Assembly: GCF_035084215.1 (NCBI RefSeq)
Contig: NC_090325.1
Location: forward strand, 182,528,001 to 182,592,000
Direction of reading: 5' to 3'
Origin: Heptranchias perlo
Taxonomy: Eukaryota
Length of the DNA stretch: 64,000 bases
The first letter of the stretch is position 1. Each line of letters starts with the position of its first letter. Positions 36,748-49,239 of the stretch are shown piece after piece. The notes under the pieces are model-generated. The model did not search any database. It saw nothing but the letters and a program-made list of their open reading frames with translations, and had not been told where the DNA came from. A program made the translations under genes and the position numbers.

Positions 36748-37255
36748 CCAATGCTCTCCTGGCCGGCCTCCCACCTTGCACTCTCCGTAAGCTTGAGCTC
36801 ATTCAAAACGTACCCTAACTCGCACTGTCCCATTCACCCGTCACTCCCTGTGCTCGCTGACCTACATTGGCTTCTAGTCCGTCAACACCTCGCTTTTACA
36901 ATTCTCATCCTTGTTTTCAAATCCCCCCGTGGCCTTGCCCCTCCCTATCTCTGTAGCATCCTCCAGCTCTACAACCCTCCGAGATCTCTGCGCTGCTCCA
37001 ATTCTGGTCTCTTGCGCAACCCCTGATTTTCTTTGCTGCACCATTTGCGGCCGTGCCTTCAGCTGCATAGGTCCTCCCTAAACCTCTCTACCTCTCTCTC
37101 CTCCTTTAAGACGCTCCTTAAAACCTACCAAGCTTTTGGTCACCTGTCCTAATAGCTCCTTATGTGGCTCGGTGTCAAATTTTGTTCGATAATGCTCTTG
37201 TGACGTTTTACTATGTTAAAGGCGCTATATAAATTCAAGTTGTTGATGTTGTTGT
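36748..37255 (+). mobile_element. L2 LINE 3' fragment
   Basis: PVLADLHWL.V.Q....IL.LVFKS..GLAP.YL motif; tail GGCGCTATATAAAT...(GTT)n. Confidence 0.85.
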
Positions 37256-37719
37256 AAACTCACCGTGTCCAAGTTCCTAATCATTGTTTTGGTCTTCCCA
37301 CGATCCTTGCATCATGTCCCTTTGGAGCTCATTTAAATAAATGGAAATGAGGACCAGAAGCTTTGCTGTACCAAAATCGCAGAAGTTACACACGCAATGC
37401 ACATGGGGTAACCGTGGACAAGTTTTTAGGGTGTACCTGTTGCCAGTATCAGCTGAGATTGGAGGAAGTAAGGAACTTTTGAATCTGAAAAGTGCTGGAA
37501 CTTTATCTACGGATTACTGGAAGTGGGAAAGAATTTTGGATTTTTTTTATATATATGTTAGTTTATTTTCATATACAGTATTGAACTTGCCTCTGACTGC
37601 CTGCAGGACTGTGAGACATCAGCTCCCAAAGCCACGACCTCCACCACCTGGAAGGACAAGGGCAGCAGGTGCATGGGAACACCACCATTTCCAAGTTCCC
37701 CTCCAAGTCTGTAGAGGAA

Positions 37720-39010
37720 GAAGCACGTGATCTCTGTGTTTGCTGGCTGATTCTGAGGTGAGGGCTGTTGCAGATCCCAATGAAACTGCCACACAATAAA
37801 GCGCCATTGATCCTGCAACAAAGAAAAGGCTTCCCTGATGTTGCCACAAACGGTGACTGTGGACTGTAGAGTCACAGGTGTGAGTTTCCACACATCCTCG
37901 GAGCCCGCACGTAAGTGCGATGTTCCTTGAAAATCCTTCTTTTCGTGCAAGTACCCATGAGATCTAGTTCCCACGGCAAAGATGTCATGGGCAGCCTTCT
38001 CCTCGGCCTCCGCTGGGAAATCGTCACCCATTCCCCACTCCTCCTGCTCCTTTGTGCTCCGTGAATCACCTGGTGCCACATCCTGACTGATACTATCTAA
38101 TTCCCCCACGTGATAGTATCTGAGCTGGTGTACAGGAGCAAGAGGGCAGGTTATGCAAGAGGTGAGATCGAGGGGGTTAGGTCAAAGTAACACGGTCCTG
38201 GATCTTGCTTCAGGGACCCATGAGTGGCTTTGTTCTCATCATTTTCTTCATTGTCATCATTATCACTATCATCATCATTACCAGCGAGGGAACTGTCTCT
38301 CCTCCAGCTCATAATCATCATCATCTATGTCCTCCTGTGCTCCTCGTTGTTGTGATAGTTCTATAGGAAAGGAGTCTACAAGCTAAGACTGGGTGAGCAT
38401 TACTGCCTTGGGATTAGGGAGACAGAGCAGGGTGTGGAAGTTCCTGTCTATCTACCATGCCACAGGGATGCCACGACGATTAGCTCGGTGTACTGCCACT
38501 AACCAGCGGCATACACTGTCACACCTATCTCACATCTCCCATAGCAACAGCACCGTGCCTCCCCATCAAGTCCATGGCCTGTTTCTTGTAGTGGGTCAGC
38601 TCCATAACTTCCCCTCCGGTCCCCTGCCTCTTATAGGCATTGTGCACAGTTTTTCCTGTAATGAGAATGATTTATTAGGTTTAACGTGACATTTGAGGGA
38701 CGCCTCAGAGATGGCATTAGACATTTATAGATCTGAAGTTATAGATCTGTTAAATTGGAAGAAGGGGTTTCAAGAGTGCAGTGTGAAGGGTTGGTTATGC
38801 AGCTATTGATTTTAGAGGGTGAACAGTGTATTGGTGCCCAATGAAGAAAGGGGACAGTGGCGAGTGTGTTACCTTGCCTGCCCTCATTAGGTCATTGAAC
38901 TTCCAGCACTGGACTGCAGTCCTGGAGGTGTGAAAGGTGGCACTAGCACCTCCTTCCACATGGCAGGTGGAACAGGATTTTGAAGTTTCCTCCCATGAGA
39001 GTCCAGCAAT
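37720..39010 (-). pseudogene. Ancient Harbinger remnants: Myb exon (~39000-38870) followed by transposase N-terminus (~38080-37720)
   Basis: RTAVQCWKFNDLMRAGK|GT and RRIFKEHRTY, resembling the intact copies; heavily decayed. Confidence 0.5.
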
Positions 39011-39054
39011 CTGTCCCTGGATTTCATCTAGGAGATTTTTAAGATGACTCTTGG

Positions 39055-39290
39055 TGAAATAAAAACAGAAAATGCTGGAAACACTTGCCAGGAAGCAGTT
39101 GTGGAGAGAGAAACATTTCAGGTCGATGACCTTTCATCAGAACTGGAAGATGTTAAAGATGAACAGCTTTTAAACAAGTGCAGAGCCAAAAAAAAAGTGG
39201 GTCAGGAACAGAACAAAAGGAAAACGCGAGCAGGGATACGGATAGTAATGAAGGTGAACGGGGTAAAAGAGACAAATACATTCTGTATTT
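39055..39290 (-). mobile_element. PLE family B pLTR fragment with a damaged hammerhead (39116-39144)
   Basis: Sense cagtt CTGATGA a aggtc atc gacct GAAA, followed by a deletion; homologous to 54535-54700. Confidence 0.75.
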
Positions 39291-41316
39291 TTCAGGTCAG
39301 ATCAGACCACTTTGTATTTTTATTTGGTCTAATTTTGATAACAAAGAATAAATTATTTTTATCTCCTCTTCCTCTTGTTTCCTCTGCTTCAGGGGAGACT
39401 TACTGCTTCTCACAGGAAAGCATGACAGTTTGGGCTGCAGACATCTTCATTGCCATTGCCAAGGTTACACCATTGCCAGTCAGAAGGAAGTGTAATTCAG
39501 GCAGGTGAGGCAGTTTTCCAATTCCCCAAAGGAATGCTGCCTCACTGCCCAGGTACTCTTATCAGGTGAAGAACTGAAGAAATCCATCCAAATGAAACAG
39601 ATGGATTTGATTGACAACAGCCCCTGGGACCTGAGTACATAGCTCTCCTGTCAGGAGGCAAAATGCTGTGCCACTTCCACAATGTTGTGCTGTCCACAAA
39701 AGGAGATGTTTATTGTGCAGTTTAAGGCTGCTGTGTTAGCAACATTTTCTCAATCACTTGTCACTTCAATTCTGAAAGCTTGTGTTCAAATTAGGTTCAG
39801 GGACAGGTCTCTTTCCTCTGCTGGTTCCCGTGGACACAAATAAATGAACTCTGACATTAGTGCATTTTCTAGTTGGCATATACAACAAAAACCTGTCAAT
39901 GGTTTGGCAATCTTTTGATTTCACACCAAAATGAAAATGTTAAAATTGAAAATATGATATTGCTGTATTGGGGTTGCTCTTCAGCTTGCAATCTGTTGAC
40001 TGGACAGTATGTAGATTGGATAAGAATACAGATGATTTAATGAAATTACTGTTACTGTTTATAAAGCAAAAATATCTGATCAGTTCTGTCTTGTTGTCAC
40101 TCTACACTTTAATAGATGGACGTATATGGGCAAATTTTGTGATTCACAAAGCTCCATGCTCCTGATTTTCCTGTGATTACTTTCAATGACCTGAAAATTG
40201 GGAAAATCGGACATGCTAACCTCCATCCTTAATTCTCCAGTCCACGCTCCTGTTGATTGAAGCTCTGATGCTGGGAGCCTCGCCTTGCAAAACTTAACCT
40301 ATAACCCACTCAAACTAGAACTGGTCATCATACTGTACACACACCCAATCCAATACCAAGGCCAATTTTCCTATGCTGGGCCTATGCTGGGGACCGCAAC
40401 ACATAGGCAGTGCGCTGGAAGTACTCCCCCGCCTCAGGTCACAGATTAACGTCCTGTTGGGGCTCGTTTTAACATGGGAGACAATTACATGGGCGATTGC
40501 AGAGAAGGAGGGGCAGGGAATTGGAATGCTGCTGCAGGCCTTAAAGATCTGTCGCAGCTTAATAGGGTCTTGGTTCTGTGGAAAAGCCTGTGCAGGAAGC
40601 ACTACAGAGAGAGTAAAGTGTGCCATTTGGAAAGTCTGCAACTTCATTACAAAAGTCCTGGAAAGAATCAGAGAGTTATTTATCCCTGAAGGTCAAAACA
40701 GAAAATGACAAGGAGAAATAACTAGTGTCTGAGTTAAAATATTGTGCAAACCTTCAGCATGCCAAACATAAGGGCATCCTGCTTTGATAATGAGGCGATT
40801 GAACAATTAATGCAGGAAGTTGAGCAATAATAGGATGCTCTGTTTCCCCTGCCAAGAAAGGAAGGCACTTGAGGTTGTAGCATATGGAGGTGGCTGAGGC
40901 CATGAATTTGAAAGGATCTAATGCACACAAGAACAGGATAGGTATACAGTATAAGAAGGGGAAGGTAACTGTGAAATGTTACATCTATAAAGCTGGTTAT
41001 GAGCTGCTTGGCAACAATTTAATGTATCCTATCCCACAATGTGGCGTTCTCCTTCAAATCAGATAATTTAAGCCTGCAGAGTCTCCTGCCCACTTATTTC
41101 CCTCGTCACAATCCACACACACTGACTCCACACAGGTACTTGAAAGGATGTAATGCATGAACGAATATTAAGCAGCAGCAACTGCTACTTGACTGCAACT
41201 CCTTATTAATCCATGGGGAAAGAAGTCAGCTAACGTTGGAGGTTGTCCCGATATTACCATCAGTAATGAAATGTCTCATATGCCTCTGCAGGAGAAGGCA
41301 CTTTTAGCAGAACAAC

Positions 41317-42957
41317 GGGGGAAAATTCGATAAGGCCTATTATTGGGCGTAAGTAGCGTGATCCGCTATTACCCCGCGCCCAATGGCCCCTGCGCAGGCA
41401 GGACGAGACTTTCATCAGGCCTGAGGACTTACCTGCAAGCTGCGTTGGAAATCAGCGTTGACATGAGGATTCAATGCAATTTGCACTTTCCACCAGCAGG
41501 GGGAGCCCTAATCTATTAAAGGGAGGATGTCTCTTAAAATCTCTTAAAAGGTAGCCGGTACCTGTCATTTGCTAAAAATAACAGTCTGCTGTCTGCATGG
41601 AGTCTGAACGGAGATCAGACATCGCACACAAAACACAGATGCAGGTCTCATCCCTATATTTATACACTGATCAGTTATGTTAAAACATTGAATAAAGGTT
41701 GCGCACTACTAAATCCCACATCCTCCAATCTGCATGCCAGACCTCACCAATCTGCCAATCTGAGTTGGTACCAGGCCTGCGAGAGTGCATGCACCAAGGT
41801 TCTCTGCTGATGCACTAGGGACCTTGGTGCAAGAGGTGGACAGATGGAGGGATATTCTATATCCTCAATGGGGGGCGTTGGCAAGAGGCCCTCCAGCCAT
41901 ATGCCCAAATGGTAGTGGGAGGCAGCGGTGATGAAGTCATTGCCAGGCGCACAGCACCACGAACATGGATGCAGCGCAGGAAGAAGTTCAATGCTTTGAC
42001 ACAAGTGGTCAAGGTGAGTGAAGTCTCCTACCAGCTGCACCACTAGCCGCATCCACTGCTCCATGCACTACACCCACATACCAATACTCAACTCTTCCAA
42101 TCAGATGCTTCCTCTCACCCTTACACATTACCACTGTTGCAAGCAGCCCACCCGCAACTCACAGGCCACACACTCTGGCAGCTATTCAACCATGACAGGC
42201 ACATCACCCAGACACATGTCCCGCTTTCTTGCAGGAGAAGGTGGCGCATAACAGGAGGCAGCAAGTGGCAGTGGCATTTAGCCCCCCAAGCATGTTGAGA
42301 TCACAGTGGACCTGTGACCTAACTCCATATACCCGCCTTAGCCCCATATCCCTTAAAACCCTTGGTTCACAGAAATCCATCAATCTCAGATTTAGAATTC
42401 ACAATTGAGCTAGCATCAACTGCCATTTGCAGAAGAGCGTTCCAAACTTCTCCCACCATTTGCTTGTAGAAGCATTTGCTAACTTCACTCCTGCATGTCC
42501 TGGCTCTAAATGTTAGGCTATGTCCCCACGTCCTAGTATTCAAGTATAGGAGACCTCCAAAATCAGTTACAAATGTCTCGGCAGCCAGAAGCAATAATCC
42601 AGCCGCTAACCTGTAAATCCTGCTTGGTCCCTTTAAATAACACTGGTGGGGGGTCCTCCAGGCACTCTAAGACACGTTCAGATGGTTGAGGTTAAGACTG
42701 TGCGTTGAGTTGAGCGTTAAGTCCCAAAATGGTGTCTATCACTTTAAATCAGCGTTGCACACCGATTGTATCCATTTTCTCCTTACTTTACATACTTCTG
42801 GCGTTCAGTATTTGCGCATGCATTAATACCTATACCAAGATGGCGACTGGCGCACCTCACACTGGAAATGTGTGCGCACGGCCAAGACGACATATTGGAT
42901 GTTCGAGAGGCCACGTAGCGCCGAAACAATGGGCGCTACACGGCCAATTTAGTGCCC
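41317..42957 (+). mobile_element. Second copy of the asymmetric-ended Myb-only Harbinger-related family
   Basis: Left GGGGGAAAATTCGATAAGGCC; right GGCCAATTTAGTGCCC; AAC flanks; Myb exon (WMQRRKKFNALTQVVK|GTGAGT at ~42013) and exon-2 start EKVAHN at ~42235; CR1 fragment inside (42310-42540). Confidence 0.78.
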
Positions 42958-43690
42958 AACAACATCAACTTGCATTTATATAATGCTTTAAACATAAGAA
43001 AATGTCCCAAGCCAAAGAAGGAGATATTGGGGAGGGGGAGGGGGTGAACAAAGTCCCGAACTAAGAGATTGGTTTTAAGGAGGGTCTTAAAAGGAGGAGA
43101 GAGAGGTGGAGAGGTAGAGAGGTTTAGGAAGGGAATTCCAGAGATTAGGGCTTAGACGGCTGAGGGCACGGCCTACAATGGTAGGAGTGGGAGATGCATA
43201 AGAGGCCAGAGTTGCAGGGATGCAGAACTCTTGGAGGGTTGTAGAGCTGGAGGAGCTTACAGAAATCAGGAGGGACGAGACCATGGATGGATTTGAACAC
43301 AAGATTGAGAATTTTAAATTCGAGTTGTTGGTGGACCGGGAGCCAATGTAGGTCAGCGAGCACAGGGGCAATGGGTGAACAGGACTTGGTGACGCTTAGG
43401 AAAAGGGTAGCAGAGTTTTGAATGAGCTCAAGTTTATGGAGGATGGAAGATGGGAGGCTGGCCAGGAAAGTATTGGAATAGTCGAGCCTGGAGGTAACAA
43501 AAGCATGAATGAGGGTTTCAGCAGCAGATAGGTTGAGATGGGCAGTTTTACAGAGGTGGAAGTAGGTGGTCTTTGTGCTGGACAGCACATGGGGTCGGAA
43601 GCTCAGCTCAGGGTCAAATAGGAAGCTGAGGTTGCGAGTTGTCTGGTTCAGCTTGAGACAGTGGCTGGGGGGGGGGAAGGAATGGAATTG
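42958..43690 (-). mobile_element. L2 LINE 3' fragment
   Basis: AETLIHAFVTSRLDYSN and PVLADLHWLPV motifs; (CAA)n tail. Confidence 0.87.
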
Positions 43691-44765
43691 GTGGCGAGGG
43701 AATGGAGTTTGTTGGGGTGGGGGTGAAGACAGGCCACTGCTACTGGAGAAAGGCCTGCAGCAATCCAAGAATTCTCTCAGTTTGAGTAAAGAACCTTGGA
43801 ACTGAAAGGACTTGAAAGAGGTGGCAGGAGATGGTGAAATGGGTGGGCAAGACTGAGGGTTTGCAGTTCTTTTACTTTCCCTTCCCTCTCAATCCTAATT
43901 TCACAATGCCAACACTGATGACATCCCTTAGAAGATGAAACTGATGATGTAGGTGCATGAATAGACCTCAGGTTAACTCTGCATTTGCTTTGATGATTGT
44001 CCCTTTTTCCTGTCTTCACAGGAACAGCCCCACAGGTAGATTCCACACCCTCCACAGGACCTCCAGGAACCAGCTCACCTAATCACAATTCTAAGATTTG
44101 GAATGCAGAGGTTCAGTTACAACCACCCAGGGGTGTGGAGCACAGAGATGGAGTCACTGGCCACAGTAAAGCAGGAGCAAGAGGTGCAGGAGGGGGAAGA
44201 AGACAACACCCCTGGCCAGATGTGGGAGAGTGCCTCCTCCAGCAGCTGGGACAGACAATGGACCCAGAGGTCCGAGGCACTGCTTTCAAAAGATGAATGC
44301 TTTCAGACCGTGATAGACTGTTAGTCATTGGAACGAGTAGCAGCTCCAGCGCCATCTGCTGTGCAGTACCTTACAGCAGAAGGCTTGTTGCTGCTGGTCT
44401 TAGATTCTCTCCTGAATGCTCAGACTGCTGCAACATATATGCCTTCGGCTGCACTGTGCCCTCATCAATGAACAGGCTCACAGAGGAGCTGGCTGTAACC
44501 AGGAAGGAACTAATGACCACCTTGGTTAAAGCCACACCTGCCAGGAGTCTTGGCAACCCTCAGATCTACAGGCAAAGTAGCAGAGATTCCTTTGCTTCCA
44601 CAGTAGCCAGGCTTTTCCCTCACAGCAGCGGAAGAGCTGCAGCCCAAAGCCAGCCTATCTGGTGTCCTAGCTTGCAGAGATCGAAAATCAACTCAGGTTC
44701 CGGAACCTGGCAACAACATCAGCTGCCGTTCTCGAGTCCCATTCCTGTCTCTGGGATTCCACTTC

Positions 44766-45000
44766 ATAGAATCATAGAAAATTTACGGCACAGAAAGAGG
44801 CCATTCGACCCATCGTGTCTGTGCCGGCTGAAAATGAGCCACCCAGCCTAATCCCACTTTCCAGCACTTGGTCCGTAGCCTTGTAGGTCATGACACTTCA
44901 GGTGCACATCCAGGTACTTTTTAAATGAGTTGAGGGTTTCTGCCTCTACCACCCTTTCAGGCAGTGAGTTCCAGACCCTCACCGCCTTCTGGGTGAAAAA
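44766..45000 (-). mobile_element. Short young CR1 3' end
   Basis: CATAGAATCATAGAA tail and GGCCATTCGACCCATCG stem-loop region. Confidence 0.75.
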
Positions 45001-47403
45001 TAAACTGAATTAATAAACTTCCTAGTGACTTTACCTTCAGAATCAGGAACTCTCAGGCACACAGCCCCTAAAACATGATTTGAATTTTCATAGCACCATC
45101 TTTTTACGGGGGCAGCTTGCACACGACCTGAGACAGGAAATCAGGTCAGAGGTTGGTGCGATGTCACATCCACAACAAAAGGCTGCAGTTTGCATTCCTA
45201 CGGCTGCTTCAGGTGCAATGCCATCTGAAGTGAAGACAGGGATTCAGGGGCAGCACTATGGAAGGAGGAGACATAGCATTACAGGTCTCCGCCCATATTT
45301 CTGGTGTACTGTGCCCGCTGGTCAGGCACTCCTGGGGGCATTGCACCCAGGAAACACAGCCCTACTATCTCTTTGCTGCAACAAAAAATTTACGCTATTT
45401 ATTATTTCCTTCTCTTCTGTTCTGTAGTCTCCTCGCTACACATACCAGCTAGAATAGAGGGCGGGTGACCTGTTTGCAGATCTACAGCTAGAGGGTATAT
45501 GAGAATAATCTGGTGATTCTCCCTTTGATTCTTCTACATTTTTCTGTGGGGACGCACATTGTCTCACTTTGGTGACAAGTTTCTGATCAGGAATTCACCG
45601 TGGGAAATTTGCAGTTGTCAACCCACATCCTAACACTTATGCAATTCGTTGGAGATTCAATTTGCATTGTTAGAACGGTCTGCTTCTAAAAGGGCGATGT
45701 CGCCATGGCAATACATCTCGCAAAACTAGCCGATGTGTTTCTAAACAGGAGAGAGTGTGTTGACACAATTAGTGATGTATTGTTGGAGACGCATCAATGA
45801 TCAAGTTTGCTGCCATCATTTATTAGGTTTATATAGCAGCTGCTTCAAGCACAAGCTTGCTGTGCCCATCAGCATGTCAGCCAAGTAGTCAGATGATGAG
45901 GAATGTTGCCTAATTAGAAGCAGTTGTACAGCTTTAGGTAAAGATCTAGGAAAGATGTTTTATATGACTGGTTTTCCATTCTCCCCAAGACTTGAAGGAT
46001 CTTATGCCACTGGTACCAATGCAGGGGATAGGGTTGTCCATGGAGGGCTGGAGCCAGGATGAGCAGCGCTGGTTACTTCCGATGAGAAAGAGGAGTTCAC
46101 GAGTGGCTACCAAATGGAGGTGCATTGGCAGCTGAAGTGTTCTGTCCATATCTATCATTATCCCAAGAACCATGTTTGTGAATTAGAGTCAAATCTAGAA
46201 AGAGAAATAAAGAGAGGGAAAGAAAGATTTGATTAAGAGAGAGAAAAGAGACAGAAAGGAAAAGTAAGAAAAAATTTTAAAATTTAAATTAAAAAAATTT
46301 CTAAATACTACCTGTAGGAATGAGACGCCATAGTTTCAATTGTTCCCTCTCTGGGCCGGAGAGGTTGAGTGGCATTGCAGGAACATAAATCTCAACATTT
46401 AAAAGGTACTTACGCTGTTAAGTACCAGCCCTAACTTTCAGCGGCGGGTTTAATTGGTAATTAACATGCAACCACAGCAATTTCTTGAAACTCACGGGCA
46501 CGTTGAGGGCAAGGTGCCGTTTTCACGAGGCTAACAGCAAATCATCCAGCAGTTTGTGCCAATTCGGAACTCACAGGGTATCTCTTCCTCGCCATAAATT
46601 GCTGGATGACTTACACATTAATAACAACATGCACATTAAACTCGCTGTTATTTTGCCAACAAATACTGGCCCAATATCAGTGGATGGAGAATGCTGTTTG
46701 AGATTTGAGCACTACATCAGCTTGTCACTACTGCCACCTGGTGGCATATCTGTAGCCTTGCCATATTCAGCTGCTCACTGATATGAAGGTCCAAATTCTT
46801 CAAGTAGTGCTTGTTAACACATTTATGTAAAATTCATTTTTTACGCTGTTTTAATGCAGTCATTAAACTATTTAAAATAAATGGATTAACGAGCACAAAG
46901 GATCGTAAGTGGGCATGTTAACCAGTAAACTATCAAAGGGAATTAAACCCCCAAGCCATTTGGAGTGTGGGCTTCTGGTACATTGTAAAATGTGACCGAT
47001 TTACATTTGTGATGTATTGAGAATCCAGAACATGCATCGTATTCTTAGCTGGATGACAAAAACACTTACCAACACTTGTAGAAGATATTCCTGTGTAGAA
47101 CCAAAATATCACCCCCACTTAACCCCTACCTGTACATAACTACTACTTTCAAAATAATAATATTGGCGATTTAGTGACATAATTTGGCAGAAGAGTAAAT
47201 GATAAATGGAATTAATCAGGTTTCTAGGTTGTGACCTGCAGTGAAAACTAGCCCAGATTTTCTGAGCAGTGTTATTTTTAAACAATGGAATTAACCCATT
47301 TTTTAAAAATGAGTTAACGCCAGTGCTAAAATAACACCCACTGATAAATCCAAGCTGAACTATTCTTGTTGTTTTGACTGAATTCAACAATTATCGCTTG
47401 GGA

Positions 47404-47725
47404 TAAAAACAGAAAATGCTGGAGAAGCTCAGCAAATGAGGCAGCATCTGTGGAGAAAGAAACGGTTAACGTTTCAGGTCGAAGACTTTTCGTCAGAACT
47501 GGAAGATGTTAAAGTTTTTAAGCAAGTACAGAGCCAGGGAAGGGGGGGGGGAAAGAACAAAAGGGAAGGTCTGTGATAGGGTAGAGGGCAAAAGTGATTA
47601 AATGACAAAAGGGATGATGGTGCAAGGCAAGGAGAGTGGTAATGGGACAGGTTAAGAAACAAAAGATTGGTCAGGAGTAGCTGTAAATGGCAACAGCAGA
47701 ACCATTACCAGCACTTGCTGTCCAG
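47404..47725 (-). mobile_element. PLE family B pLTR fragment with a near-intact hammerhead (47465-47499)
   Basis: Sense gtt CTGACGA a aagtc ttc gacct GAA ACGT T aac; close match to 54535-54845. Confidence 0.82.
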
Positions 47726-49239
47726 GTCATAACCACTGCTCCCATTTTTTTGGATTTACAGAAAGAATAAGAGAAACAGAGTAAATAGATGAGTTAAGGT
47801 GTGAGATAGCGAAAGAGAGCAACAGAGAGAGAAAAAAGACAGGCAAGAATTAGAGTGTAGGAGAGATGCAGATAGTTACAGGGAGACAAATATTTTGTTC
47901 TGAATGAAAACCATGAGAAATCAATTAGTATCATTCAATATTTTATATCATTATCATTCAATGAGGTTCCTTCCTAACTGTCTTCTTTCTGGACTGTAAA
48001 ACTTAAGCCTCTGTAATATTTCCTCATACTTGATCTGTGATCAGTCCTTTTGTTCTTTTCTGTAACCTTTCCAATGCAAGTAAATCTTTTTTGTGCAGAG
48101 ATGGCCAAAACTTAAAGTATTCTACGTAGGGACAAAAGGCGCAATTGTGTTGTTATTCTTTAATTTGGGGAAATGCCTTTTTATCTCCACACAATTTAAT
48201 TTTATATTTAACTTAATGGGCTCTTTTTCCTAAAGAAACTTCAGGCATAAGCCATGGCTTTGTAAAGAAAACAATCTTTTATTATATACTAGAAAATCGA
48301 CATTAGAATTAAACAACATCTTCGATTCATGCACAGTTAAGAATTGCTTTAACAACAATTAAAAAAAGAACCCTCTCATTCCCCAAAATGCATATCCTTT
48401 TGGAAAACAAAAGTCTATCTTAGATTAAGCCCTTAACGAAAGTTCATATACTCATGGTTGGCTCAGGCTTGTCGAGGCCCTCTAAAATCTCTTGATGGAC
48501 ATGTGCAGTTGTGTAGCACATGGTTTTCTCTTGTAGTTAGGTCAGCTATTCCAGAATCAATCTGTTAGCCTGCAACCAGGTAGAAAGTAGTGAGGTAGAG
48601 CAGCGAGGAATCATCCTACCTTCACATGGTTGGGGTTCTTACTCCTTTTAATTTTGAACCACACCTCTTAGGCAGTTGCTTGCCAACAATTGGCTTCTTC
48701 AAGTACAACCCCAGGATTGATTGACACTCCATTTGTTTTCTTTCAATGTCTTTTATGTAGCCAAGTTGAGTAGATCTCCAGCCGATCTGGAGCCAGGTTC
48801 TGCAAGTTGCTACGATGATCTGTTCTTCTCTGTGTGGTCTTTAACCAGATGTAACTTAATAGCCCTTCTTTTCTTCAGCCTGCCAGAGCCGATTTTCATA
48901 TGTATTTTTAGTACATCTAAGTGTGGTCTGACCTGTGCCTTGTAAATCTTTAGCATAATTTCTGTAGAATTATATTCTATTGTTCTGACTATATATCCTA
49001 AACCATGGGGTCGATAACCAGAGGATAGAGATTTAAGATAATTGGCAAAGAATCAAAGGGGAGATGAGGAGAAATTGTCTAACACAGCGAGTTCTACGAT
49101 CTGTAATGCACTGCCTGAAAGGGTGGAAGAAGCATATTCAATAGTAAAAAGGAAGAATTTGAAGAGTTATGGGGAAAGAATCTATTCATTTCTAGTACTT
49201 CTGATCACTTTTTGATTGTTTTCAAGTAAAGTGATTTCA

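Larger units (their letters stand above)
40759..44760 (+). pseudogene. Ancient Harbinger Myb gene remnant interrupted by nested insertions
   Basis: MPNIRASCFDNEAIEQLMQEVEQ (cf. RAPRFSD..LE.L..EV); acceptor CTGCAG|GAGAAG at ~41291; later acceptor TTCACAG| at ~44021. Confidence 0.45.
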
